A DNA stretch of 64,000 nucleotides from Chrysemys picta bellii (lineage: Eukaryota): assembly GCF_011386835.1 (NCBI RefSeq), contig NC_088793.1:206150001-206214000 (forward strand). The letters are read 5' to 3'. A program made the translations under genes and the position numbers. Position 1 is the stretch's first letter; each line of letters begins with the position of its first letter. The notes below the pieces were generated by a model. It was not told the DNA's origin, did no database searches, and saw only the letters and a list, made by a program, of their open reading frames with translations. Positions 1 through 12,802 of the stretch are shown one piece after another.

Positions 1-790
1 ACAGCCCCTGCAACCTCCCCACACGCACCTGCACACACAGCCCCTGCAAACCCCCCCCCACGCACCTGCACGGATTTCCCACGCGCCTCCACATGTGCAC
101 ACAGCCCCTGCAGCCTCCCCATGCATCTGCAGCTGTGTACACAGCCCACACACACACTCCAGACACCTACAGATTTGCACAGCCCCTGCAAACCCCATGA
201 AACTGCAAATTTGCACATCCACACACCTGCAGCTGTGCACCACAGCCCCTGCAAATCCCCCCCCCACACCTCCAAATGTGCACACAGCCCCCCATGAACC
301 TGCAGCTGTGCACACAGCCCTTGCAACCCCCACACAGCTGCACGTGTGCACACAGCCCCTGCAACCCCCACGTGCACCTGCAGATGTGTGGACACAGCCC
401 ACACACACACTCCAGACACCTATAGATTTGCGCAGCCCCCATGCACCTGGAGTTGTGCACACAGCCCCTGCAACTCCATCCCACCTGCAGCTGATGTGCA
501 CTTCCCCATGCACACACACCCCAGTTGTGTACACAGCCCCCACACTCCCATGCACCGGCAGGAGTGCAACCCAGTCCTTTCACTCTCATACATTCTGCAG
601 AGGTGCACGTGGCCCTTGCACACACACACACACACACACACATCTGGAGATGTGCACATCTCCCGGACAGCTGCAGATGTGAACACAGCCGCTGTTTGTG
701 CAGATGTGCACATAGCCCTTCCAACTTGTGATATCACACAGACTCCGCACTCCCATGCCCCTGTAGATGTGGACTCAGCCATGGCGTAGA
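1..790. repeat. Degenerate C/A-rich tandem array (cacacagcccctgca-like units) with (CA)n at about 619-641
   Basis: Recurrent tgcacacagcccc and acctgcagctg motifs. Confidence 0.85.
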
Positions 791-1768
791 TGGACATGCA
801 CATGTGCCAGGAGATAAATAGCTCCATTTTCTCTCTCTATGGAGCAGATTCCTGGAATCACCAGGGTCAGAGCTGGCAGCAGCTGCCTTACTGAGGCTGA
901 GCTCCCCTGCCCTTCCTTATCCCCTCCTCCCTACATTTTCTGTGCCTTCTCCACGTCACTGACCTTGAGGTCTTCTGCCTCCTCTGCATCTCTAACTCCT
1001 CCATCTGCCCCAGTCACCCCCATCCCTTCCTGCTACTTAAGTCCATTGCCTCCCGTGGCGCAACCTGGCTCCTTCCCCTCTTCATCCTCAAAAAAATAAC
1101 CCTTAACCTCATCCTGCTTCTAACTACTGCTTCAGTTTTCCCCACCTCTTTCATTGCATGGGATTTCCTGTCTCCTGCTCAATCAAGTCAATCAATGTAA
1201 TCCTTTGCAATCCTGCCTGCAAAACCTCCTCAGAACTTCCTCGTCAGCTCTGTAAATGTGTCGTATTTTCAGCCTCTTCTCACTTTACGTAGAGGAAAGT
1301 TTGTGAATCATGAAACCCCATCTTGGAATATCTAGACAAGTAACAGAAGGAAACAAATTAATTTAATTTTGGTAAAAAGAAGTAAATAAATATATCATGT
1401 AAGTCATGAAACACAAGTCTGCTTGAATATTAAGTTTCATTATTACAGTTACATAAAGCCCCATGCAAATATCTTACACCAATGTCATAATGGGTCATTT
1501 TACTAACAAAAATTACAACATAGGAAACAAATAAAATAATGTTATGATTAGACTTTTGTTTTGCATTGAAAGCTGGGATTCAACCTCTCCGTTTTGTATA
1601 AAAATTTAAGCATGTACTCCCCAAAATTACAGCACTTACTCTTGGGTAAAGAATGAACTTTCTGAGCCTTTACAAGTAAATCAATTAGTTAGAATTAAAA
1701 TTGAAGACTGGGTCCATTAAGAAATGCAGCTTCTGTATCAGTCTGTGTCTCAAAGAATCTTAAAAAAG

Positions 1769-1891
1769 TAGGGTGACCAGATAGCAAATGTGAACAATCG
1801 GGATGGGGGTGGGGGGTAATAGGTGCCTATATAAGCAAAAGCACCAAATATCAGGACTGCCCCTATAAAATCAGGACATCTGGTCACCCTA
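1769..1891. mobile_element. hAT-type MITE
   Basis: TIRs tagggtgaccaga / tctggtcacccta; flanks cttaaaa(aa)g and cttaaaag approximate an 8-bp TSD. Confidence 0.8.
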
Positions 1892-1969
1892 CTTAAAAGT
1901 GGGTGACAGACATGTCCAATTTTCCATATAGACGGTCGTCAAAATTAACTGCAGTCTTGTACATTAGCT

Positions 1970-2095
1970 TTTAGGGGGCCACTTAGGGATCTGGGGCAAA
2001 ATCAGTACTTGGTCCTGCTAGTGAAGGCATGGGGGCTGGACTCGATGACCTTTCGGGGTCCCTTCCAGGTCTAGGAGACAGGATATCTCCATAGA
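1970..2095 (+). mobile_element. 5'-truncated tRNA-derived turtle SINE with CR1-like tail
   Basis: ggggccacttagggatctggggcaaaa...gactcgatgacc...ggtcccttccag, the same body as the SINEs at 15.3-15.8 kb. Confidence 0.65.
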
Positions 2096-2611
2096 TTATA
2101 AATTATTAACAATTGTATCTCATCGCTGTGGAGATATAGGCTACAGAGAGGCTCAGAGCAACAGCTCAGGCAACTCCTAAGGAGAAACCATTGTGACCTC
2201 GGGGGGGGGGGGAAATCAGCCAATCACCACTCTTCCTCCGCAGCTAATTTGTATGCAACAATTCTATTGGTTGTAATGAATCAGTGGTAGAAGAGAGACT
2301 GGATGGACACAGGTTGCAAGAGTTCTCACTGGTAGATCGTGTCTTGTGATCCAACTGTCAGTGCTCTTTACATCTCCCATGGCTGCCCTCCCTCCCTCCC
2401 TCCCCCCGGCACTACTGCCTTGTCTCCACTGCACAGTGGGATGGTCTGTTTGTGCTGCACTGGAGCTCATCGGGGACTGTGCCCCTTGTAGTGACTTCTG
2501 TAGAGGAATTTCCTAGGGTGAGGCTGGGGAGTTATAACAACAGGGAATAATGAGGAAAATGAAACGTAAAGAGATTCTCAGGAGCACACGGTTTGGACAC
2601 AGACATCCCTT

Positions 2612-5600
2612 GGGGGAAGATTTATTAAACTGGATACTCGATAGCCTAGTAAAGAGGAGAGAATAGAAGTTGACAAAGTACAGGCAGGAGCTGAAGAAAC
2701 GAGTTCCATTCACAATTAAATCACATGAAGGCAGACAATTAAATATTGACAAATTTTATGAAAGTGCTTCTATACAAAATGCTATAAGTCTAAATACTAA
2801 GATGGTGAACTTGAGTGCCTGGTATTAAATGAGGATATTGATATAATAGGCATCACAGAAACTTGGTGAAAAGAGGATAATCAATGGGACACAGTATAAA
2901 ATAAATAGGCGTGACAGAATAGGTTATGCTGGTGGGGGAGTGGCACTATACGTGAAAGAAGCGTAAAGTCAAGTACAGTACAAATTGTAAGTCACTCGAA
3001 CAGTACCATAGAATCTTTAGGGATAGAAATTCCGTGCTCGAACAATAAGAGTAGAGCAGTAAGAATATACCATGGACCATCTGACCAGGATGGTGATGGT
3101 GACTGTGAAATGCTCAGGGAGATTAGAAAGACTACAAAAACAGAAAGCCCAATAAATAATGGGAGATTTCAACTAGCTCCATATTGACTGGGAACATGTC
3201 ACCTCAAGATGGTAGGCAGAGATAAATTCCTAGACACTATTAGTGACTGTTTCTTGGAGCAGCTAGGCTTGGAACCGACAAGGGAAGAGGCCATTCTTGA
3301 TTTAGTCCTACGTGAGGCACAGGATGTTATCCAGGAGGTGAATATAGCTGAACTGCCTGGTAATAATGATCATAATACAATTAAATTTTAAATCTTTGTG
3401 TGGGAGAAAATATCAAAGAAACCCACCACAATAGCATTTAACTTTAAAAATGGGAATTACGCAAAAAATTAGGAAGCGAGTTAAACTGAAATTAAAAAGA
3501 ACAGTCAAAAGGGTGAAATGCCTGCAAGCTGCATGGAAACTATTTTAAAACACTATAAGAGAGGCACAAACTAAATGTATACCCCCAAATAAAAACAACA
3601 GTAAGAGGACCAAAGAAATGGTCACCATCGCTAAACAGCAGAGTAAAAAAAGTGGTGAGAGGCAAAAAGGCATCCTTTAAAAATTGGAAGTCAAATCCTA
3701 CTGAGGAAAATAGAAAGACGCATAAACTCTGCAAGTCAAATGTCAAAATATAAGTAGGTAGCCCAAAAAAAGAATTTGAAGAGCAGCTAGCAAGAGACAC
3801 AAAAAATATTTGCTGTTTAGTTTCTAAGTATATCAGAAGTAGGAAGTCTGCCCAACAATCAGTGGAGCCACTGGACAATCAAGATACTAAAGGAGCGCTC
3901 AAAGAAGACAAGTCTGTTGCAGAGAAGCTACATGAATTCTGTGCATCAGTCTTCACTGCCGAGAATGTGAGGGAGATTCCCACACTGAGCCATTATTTTT
4001 AGGTGACAAATCTGAGGAACTGTCCCAGATTGAGGTGTCAGTAGAGGTGCTTTTGGAACAAATTGATCAATTTAACAGCAATAAGTCACCAAGACCAGAT
4101 GGGATTCAACCAAGAGTTCTGAAGGAACTCAAATATGAAATTGCAAAACTACTAATTGGGATACTTAACCTATTGCTTAAATTAGCCTCTGTACCAGATG
4201 ACTGGAGGGTAAACTAATGTCATGTCTATTTTTTAAAAAAGAGTCTCCAAAGGCAATACTGGAAATTACCGGCTGGTAGGTCTAACTTCAGTACCGGGCA
4301 AATAGGTTGAAACTATAGTTAAGAACAGAATTATCAGGCACAAAGAGGAACACGATTTGTTGAGGAAGTCAACACGTCTTTTGTAAAGGGAAATAAATCA
4401 TGCCTCACCAGTCTAGTAGAATTCTCTGAGGGCCTCAACAAGCATGTGGACAAGAGTGATCCAGTTGATATAGTGCACTTAGACTTTCAGAAAACCTTTG
4501 ACAAGGTCTCACACCAAAAGTTCTTAAGCAAAGTAGGCAGTCATGGGCTAAGAGGGAAGGTTCTCTTGTGGATCAGTTGCTGGTTAAAAGATAGGAAACA
4601 AAGGGTAGGAATAAACTATCAGTTTTCACAATGGAAAGAGGTAAATAATGGTCCCCAAGGATCTGTACTGGACCTGTACTGTTAAACATATTATCAAATG
4701 ATTTATGAAAAGGGGTAAACAGTGAGGTGGCAAAGTTTGCAGATGATACAAAACTACTCAAGATAGTTAAGTCCAAAGCTGACTGTGAAGAGTTACAAAG
4801 GGATCTCACAAAACTGGGTGACTAGGCAACAAAATGGCAGATGAAATTCAATGTTGATAAATGCAAAGTAATGCACATTGGAAAACATCATCCCAACTAT
4901 ACATATAAAATGATGGGTCTAAATTAACTGTTACCACTCAAGGAAGAGATCTTGGAGTCATTGTGGATAGTTCTCTGAAAACATCCACTCAATGTGCCGT
5001 GGCAGTCTAAAATGCAAACAGAATGTTAGGAACCATTAAGAAAGAGATAGATAAGAAGACAGAAAATATCATAATATCACTATATAAATTCATGGTATGC
5101 CCACACCTTGAATATTATGTGCAGTTCTGGTCATCCCATCTCAGAAAATAATATTAGAATTGGAAAAGTTACAGAGAAGGGCAGTAAAAATGATTAGGGG
5201 TAAGGAACAGCTTCCACATGAGGAGAGATTAAAAAGACTGGGACTGTTCATCTTAGAAAAGAGACGACGAAGGGGGGATATGGTAGAGGTCTATAAAATC
5301 CAGAAGGGAATGGAGAAAGTGAATGGGGAAGTATTATTTACCCCTTCATGTAACACACGAACAAGGGGTCACCCAATGACATTAATAGGCAGCAGGTTTA
5401 AAACAAACATAAAAATTAGATAAGTTCCTGAGGATAGATCCATCAGTGGCTATTACCCAAGATGGTCAGGGATGCAACCCCCTGCTCTGTGTCTCCCTAA
5501 ACCTCTGACTTCCAGAAGCTGAGTGGACGACAGGGGATGGATCACTTGATAATTGCCCTGTTCTGTTCATTCCCTCTGAAGCAGCTGGCATTGGCCACAA

Positions 5601-5666
5601 TCGGAAGACAGGACACAGGGCTAGATGGATCTTTGGTCTGACCCAGCATAGCCGTTCGGATGTTCT
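2612..5666 (+). mobile_element. CR1 LINE, decayed ORF2 (APE endonuclease + RT) and 3' UTR
   Basis: Fragments DKFLDTISDCFLEQL..EPTREEAILDLVL, DIVHLDFQKTFDKV, aagtttgcagatgatac (KFADD); many stops and frameshifts; ends tgttct. Confidence 0.93.
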
Positions 5667-6384
5667 CCTGTATTGCCATGAGAAAACATGCCTTGCTAGC
5701 TCACAAGAGCAAAGGCGTCTGCTATTAGTCACTTTGCCGTGGACCGTTTGCTGCTACGCTTTCAATAAGTTCACACCATGCAGCTGACAAAGCCCTGCGC
5801 CTGCTGGAATGCAGATAACACTGTTGGAATCCTAGCAGACCTCCGCATGGGCCCCGTGTTGTTACAGTGTCCTCGCAGATGGGCTGGAGGGATGGAAGAA
5901 ATGGGAAAAGAAATAGAAATAACCGGTTTGTAATGGAGGTGACGCTTCCCTTTCCCACTGCTGCATCACCTCCCTCCTGGGAGGGGGTCCCTCAGATCCT
6001 GTGCCTCCTGACACGGGCTGCACGGGAAAGGGGTGGCTGAGGCAGGGGTTAGTTTGAGAAACACCACGATCTTTCGTGAGTAACTTAGTTCTGAGGATCC
6101 CGCCCCCCTGCGTGGGCTGAGTCACAGCCCCCTGACTTCGTGAGGCTTAATGGTAGATAGATGTCTTCCCCCTCGTCTGTGTGTGCTGTACTGAAGTGAG
6201 AAGGATTGTGCCCCTGCCAGAGGCTTTTGTGGAGGAAGATGGTCTCCCCATGGTTGGAGAGGACTTTCCTGGGGTGGGGCTGAACAACAGGGAATAATGA
6301 GGAAAAGGAAATGGAAAGAGATTCTCAGGGGAAGTGGCTGGAGGTTGTTCTCTAGCAGACTGTGGAATAGTCTCCCACAGAAAG

Positions 6385-8090
6385 AGGTTGATAAACTGGA
6401 GAGGAGTCAGAGAAGAGCCATGAGAATGAAAACCTGCCTTGCAGTGATAAGTTAAATAGACTGAGCTCTTTGAGTCTAACAAAGAGAAGGTTAAGGGGGG
6501 ACTTGATTACAATCTCTAAGTACCTATGTAAGCAGAATCCGGATGAGCTCCACCCTGACATCTGGTGGTGAATTGTGGAAAAGAACTTCAGGGGCTGATC
6601 TTGTTTGCATAGGCACACCCGCCTAGCATGAACCCACAGCAGCCCAAATGGTCACTTTGGCTGCTGTGGGATCCCCAGTTTCTCTGTTATTGGGGCAGGA
6701 AGAATGAAGTGTTGTTACCCTGATTATGTGAATCGAGGACAATGAAACTGTTTTATGACAGAGGGACTCGCCATCAACTAAGTAGCACTCGCTAGACAAG
6801 GGACATGGGTTCCAAAACCTATGACTTGAGAGGGGCTGGGGATAGGTATTTTTTTTACCTGATGGTAGGAGCCCTTTTTGAGGGCTTGAAATGCCAATTG
6901 CACTCTCCCTCCCTTCCTCATAGAATATCAGAGCTAATTTTAATTCTAGTAGGAGTCTAGTAACAGGCTGCTGAGATGAATTCACATTGAGCCAATGGTG
7001 CACCAGCACCGAGGCTCCCCTACTACAAGCTGAAATCGCTGAGTGCAGTGGGGCCTGAAGCTATGTTGCTGAGCGGCTGGTGGAGTGGAGCAGCGCAGTT
7101 TGCGGGATGACTGGAGTGGCTTGTGGGACAGCTGGTGGAGCAGAGCGGCTGGCGGAGCAGTTTGTGGAACAGCTGGAGCGGCTCATGGGATGGCTGGAGG
7201 AGCAGAGTGGCTGGTGGAGTGGCTGGCGGTGAGTGGCTGCAGCAGAACCCCACGGAGAGGTGGGGCAGTTGGCCTCAGACCACGTAAGGTGCCCCTTAAC
7301 ACTGCTGTGCACCCCCTCCCCAGGCTGGGAGGTAAAACTCTGCAGATAAACTTTTGAACTCTGGGGCTGCACTGACCAGGGACAGAGACTTTTGGGTTGT
7401 TGGACTTTTGGGACTTCGGATGATCTTTTGGGTTGCTGGGCTTAAGACCCTGAGGGGAAAAGGATACTGCCAAACTTATTGGGGGTGGGTCTTTTGCTCA
7501 TGGTTTGTGTTATGAATCCTGTTTGTGGTGTTACCCCAACATAATGCTGCATTGTTTCCCTCCTTTATTAAAAGGCTTTTGCTACACTCAGACTCTGTGC
7601 TTGAGAGAAGGGAAGTATGGCCTCCTAGAGGCGCCCGGGGGGTGGTATGTAATTTTCCCAGGTCACTGGGTGGGGGCTCGAGCTGGTTTTGCATTGCATT
7701 ATTGAAATGGAACCCCTAGATACTGAACCCGGCCCTTGTTGCTGCCAACTCAGAGGGGCAGAAGGGTTACACCTACATGGGGAACAAATATTTAATAATG
7801 GGCTCTTCCATCTAGCAAAGAAAGGTCCAACAGTATCCAATGGCTGGGAGTTGAAGCTAGACAATTCAGACTGGAAATAAGGCGTGAAGGTTTAGTGGTG
7901 GAGAGTAATTAACCATTGGAACAATTTACCAAGGTATGGTGGGTTCTCCATCACTGATGATTTTTAAATCATGTTGGGCTGTTTTTCTAAAGCTCTGCTC
8001 CAGGAATGATTGTGGGGCAGGTCTCTGGCTGCCTCCTGCTCCCCAGGAGGTCAGACTAGATTATTGCAATGGTCCCTTCCAACCTTGGGA
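6385..8090 (+). mobile_element. CR1 3' fragment split by a solo LTR
   Basis: CR1 sequence runs ...aagtaccta|LTR|cctacatggggaac... across the insertion. Confidence 0.8.
6527..7771 (+). mobile_element. Solo LTR (Gypsy/ERV type), 1245 bp, with internal ggagcagagcggctgg tandem repeats
   Basis: TGTAA...TTACA termini; exact 4-bp TSD CCTA at 6523-6526 and 7772-7775. Confidence 0.9.
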
Positions 8091-11000
8091 TGGATGAATG
8101 TGGGGTCAGGGCAGACTTTTGTGGTGGGCCAGTCCCGCCCTGCTGACTGGAAGCTTATCTCCTGTGCAATGGAAACCGTGCGATCAGGCCACAAGGCTTT
8201 GGTGAACTCACGAATTGAAATATTTACTGCCAGGTCTAATTACAGGCTCCTCGGCAACTTGAACACACCTTTCCTCAAGTCCTGAGCTCTGCTCTGTAGT
8301 GACGCCACAAAGGGGAAACAAACAAAAATCTAATGGCGTTAAAAATCAGTTTAGGCTAATCTGGGTCCTCAAAACTCTAAAATGCCTTAATCACAATCAG
8401 ATTGTTTTTTCTTGGTGGCCCTCTGGGGCAAAGTTAAGTTTCGTCTGAGGGGGAAACCAAGCCAAACCCCTCCCAGGCAGAAGAACTGTCCCTACCTTCT
8501 TACTAGAGTCTTCCTAGAGATCCCCAGCTCCCTGTTTCTCTGTGGGGAGAAGCCAGCCTCACTGCTCTGTTCCTGTTGTAGTCTTCCAACCAAGCGCATC
8601 CCCTAAGTCCCCCTGGTTGCTTTGAAAGTAACTCCAGCCTCTAGCCATGACATCATAGTGTGCTAGCTATGAGGTGGAGGCTGGATTTGGCAGCCTCCTG
8701 CTAAGATCCCTGAAAAGGTCAGTGCCAAGGTTAAGGTCAACGCATCCAAAAAATGGCCAATGGCTTTGAGTGCCCAAGTGGAGACACTTTGTGCCTGACT
8801 TCCAGACGTGCTGAACACCAGCAGCTCTCTTGGATTCACTTGGGGTCGAGAATGCTCAGCTGTTCTGAAAAATCAAGCCCCAGCTATGTCCAGTTGGGAA
8901 CTGGAAAACATTATGGCCTGATACAGAAGCAAAGAAATGACGAACCATGGAAGTGGACCTAGGACGTAATGTCAGGAACATCCCTAGAAGTACAGGGCTG
9001 GAAACACCTTTGCAGATTCCTACATGGCCTCCTGCTTGTGTGGCTCAAGGCCAGGATCACACGATCTCCTGTCCCAGATCCGCACCAACATGGATATTTG
9101 GATTCTGTTAAAGTAACCTGGGTATTTCCTGGCTTTACAGGCTTTGTGTTTGGAAAATTGTAACATTCCTGTCCTGTCCTTTGCTCCAAGTTACTGACAT
9201 TCTCTCACTTTAGCCACATCTTAACGTACCTTTGCTTTGGGCATTCCATCGGTTTGTTTTTTTCAAATCAGTATTTCATCACCGAACACTAAGCAAGTAT
9301 CGCAAAGAGAATCTTACCGGGCGATATTTCTAATGACCTGAAGCCATGATATGAAATGTATATGTTTAGCCTTTCTTCCTAGAGTCACCGGTACATTCCT
9401 GCTGCTTTGCCCTACTGGGGAGCAGCACAAAGCAGACAGAGCGACTGGGCCAACAGAACTAGGTTTGCAGCCGCCACGCACAATAGCTGAGGGCATGTCC
9501 ACACTAGAATAAGAGAGACCCACAGCATGGCCATGTCTGGCCAGCTCAGCTGTCTTGGGCTCAGGCTGGGCGGCTAAAAATTGCGGTGTGGACATTCGGG
9601 CTCAGGCTGAAGCCGGAGTGGCAGAAGCACCCTAAAAATGGGGGGGCCGTAGGCACCCAAACCGTGGCCCTGCCCCATCAAGGCACCACTCCCGCGCTGC
9701 CCCTTCCCCCCAAGACCCTGTAATGTAAGTACAGAGCAGATGTATTCATATAACAAAATATCCACACACTACCAAAAACAAGTCACTCCACTGCACTTGC
9801 TTCTCCCCCTGGGCAGGGGACGGGAGAAGAGACAACCTGTGACGGACGTTACTTAACGCACGTGAAGGTGTTCAGATACTCCAGTGATGAGCACAGTATA
9901 AGCACCTATATCAAATAGAACAATATTGATGACCATTTTTTGTCCTGTGCCCAAAAAAAGAGATTGATCGAGGACCCATGGTCTGGTCACTGGACACATT
10001 TCACAGCCTTTTTTGCATTCCCTTTCATTTAATCATTGCCTTGGTTTTGCCATAAACCATTTGCTTTGGGATACTATTTCCTGGGGACATCACCAACACG
10101 TTCCTCAGGGAGAACCTCAACTCTGTCCTCAAGAAAACCAGGCTCATTCGGGGGGGTAACAGCTTAGCCAAGCTGTTGGAGAGAAATGGCTTCTGCAGTT
10201 CTCCGCCCCAGACAGCACTGTAAGGAGTTTGCAGGTAACTCATCTTTTCCCAAGTGCCCCCCCAGCTTCTGTCACAGAAGCAGGTCATTCATTACGAGAC
10301 AAGTTAGTTTCGATATTTAGCACGTGCCCATGATTCGGTTCCACAGCAGGCATGGAAGATGTTTTAAGCGACATGTGACCACCTAGATGCTGTGTGTATA
10401 CACACTCACACTAGCTAATCTTCCCCAACTGGTGCAAGAACAGGTTGGACAAACACCTGTCAGGGATGGTCTAGGTTCTCACTCAGGTGTAGTCAACTGC
10501 TCATTAGCATTCATCAAAGAGGATACATTTCCACAACTAGGTTGCAAAAATCACGACTTGACATTTTTCAGCCAGCCCTGCAATTTATACACCAGTAGCC
10601 GCTGCTACCGGCAGCTTTGCCTGTTTGAACTTGCAGACGCTGCCCTCTACAGGACTGAAGGGGTTCAGACCCTCATGGGCTCTGCAAACCGATGTATTCT
10701 CTTAATGTATCGTCTGTTGGCGATGGCTGGAAACGGAAAGAGAGAGAGAAGGAGAAAGGAAAAAAGAGGGAAGCTCATGACACAACCCCGCATAGATTTG
10801 AATTGTATTTCAAAACTGAACCCAAGTTATGCAAGCCCCAAAAATCAGGAGAAACATGCACGGACTTTTTTTTTTTCTTAAAAAAAACCAAACCAAAACA
10901 AAACCACTTTACAATTGAATGACAATCTCCTTAATGCATTAGGAATGTCATAAAAATCTAACAAAACCAAAAACAGCAGGTAGAGGCCAGCATCCAACAC

Positions 11001-11229
11001 CTAGACTTGAGAGCACCTCCTCACCTACTGAATATACCATCTGTACTAAGTAACCACATTCCAGCACATCCCTCTGAACAGGCAACAGATCAGGCCTACC
11101 ACCGCATTCAGAAATAGGGGCAGGCCATCCTATGTTGTTTGCCTGCCTGGGCTCGGCCCTTTGAAAAGCCAGTACAACTCTCTTAGCATTGGGAAGTGTT
11201 CACAACCACTTCTCCTATAAAGCTTCTCA

Positions 11230-11390
11230 TTAATAGTAACGCCACCATGCCGCTCTTCCTGCAGTGGATCTCAAGGCACTTTACAAAGGAGGTCAGTATC
11301 CCCATTTTACAGAGGGAGGAACTGAGGCACAGAGAAAGGAACGATTGGCCGAGGCGCAGAGCTGGGACCAGAACCCGGGTCTCCCAAGAC
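11230..11390 (-). mobile_element. MIR/CORE-SINE remnant
   Basis: ccccattttacagagggaggaactgaggcacagaga core. Confidence 0.7.
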
Positions 11391-11749
11391 CTAAAACTTT
11401 CTATCAGTAATGCCGCAGGCTAAGTTGCACGAGACAGCATTTCTTTGCCTGCCCTGCTCGGTGACGAAATCCACCCCTGATGACCTGGTGCTTTGTGCCC
11501 CGAAAGGGCCTCATTTGTCAGGTGATATTTAGCTGGGCAGGCTGGGACTGTCTCCTCTCAGGACTGTACGTGCTGCCCAGCAGAGCCACTTCCACACTGA
11601 ACAACCCCAGCTAGCACACCTGGTCACCACACCATTGCCACGCCTTCATATCGAACCTGCCTGACCGTCCGCTCTTGTGCCACTAGACGTCTCGACATGC
11701 CCATGTTCCCGGGGGCAGCAGCTGCAGTGCCAACTGGTGCCTACAGGTA

Positions 11750-12802
11750 TCAGACGTTGCCGTTGTGGGCAAAGGGTCCCACAGCGAAGACCTTCTGTGC
11801 AGAGTCACAGGCAACGCTGCTCACGGGCGAGGACAAGAGGAACACAATACGCTACTGTTCCAGGAGGGAGGAGCGGCCGCGGGTGAAGAGCAGTGTTTCA
11901 AGTCTCCCTTTTTCTGGTGTGAAACGTCTTTTCCAAACCACACAGCCAGGCACTCCGTTCCGAGGAGAGGTGAACACAGCCGGAGGGCTGAGCCGTCCCC
12001 ATTGGTGATGCCCAGATACAAAGGGGCACTAAAGGGGGCCGGTTTCCATGCAAACTGGATAATAAGGTTGCTTGATCTGTTGCCTCTCATGCAGTCACCA
12101 CATTGGTGACCCTGTTCCCCTAGCTGAGGTGCTGGGACAGATAGTGGGTAACCCACCTTAACGTGAGCTAGTGACGGACACAGCGCTTGGTACCTTACCA
12201 ATGTGATACCTTCACATGGACTTCCAGGGACAGGGACATGGCCTTGGTCATCAACTCTGAAGTCATTTGCTGGCAAACAATGAGCTATTAACACCTCACT
12301 GTAATTGAAAGCAATAGTCAATACTGCACTGGAGTTGATGAAATACGAGGGACGCCATATTAACTGGTCAGCCCTTGTGCACCGTCCGGAATAGCTGAAG
12401 ATGAAAATACTGATGTTCTCTGTCTCCTAGAATCGCTTGCTCATTTGCCATGTGCTCATGTAGAAGCAACTGGGGAGAGAGAAAAGAATCCTTTCCAGGC
12501 CTGTGGGAAATGCCTCTCCAAGATTTACCAGCCACTAGCTCATGAGAAGTAGCTTTTACTTGGGTACCAGCACTAGTGTCCCACAGACAGGAAAGCTGAT
12601 GGCCAGTTTCAGATTCAGCTGAAAGTGATGGAGATGTTGCTGCCTGTGAGGGAATGTACCTGTGTTCTCACCCTACCCACGACATAATTCTTGTACCAGG
12701 CATGCCGTGTGAGGCATCATTTGAAAACTCACCATTGGCTGGTCAGTATCGTCCTGGTAAAACAAGCGTGGCACAGTTGTATGTGAAGTTGTAAGATTTC
12801 CC
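11750..12802 (-). other. Candidate final exons of an unidentified gene (12733-12802, 12199 or 12210-12269, 11794 onward)
   Basis: AG acceptors and GT donors (ATG|gtgagt, TTG|gtaagg); open frame GNLTTSHTTVPRLFYQDDTDQPM|QMTSELMTKAMSLSLEVHVK; no recognisable homology. Confidence 0.3.

Noticed and set aside
95-827. Mucin- or keratin-like ORFs on both strands
   Set aside because: Low-complexity tandem array open in several frames at once
10387-10881. 164-aa plus-strand ORF
   Set aside because: No recognisable domain or splice context; it lies in UTR-like sequence
12733-12802. Selenocysteine read-through of the TGA in frame GKSYNFTY...GRY*
   Set aside because: No SECIS identified and no selenoprotein similarity; another frame is open without recoding
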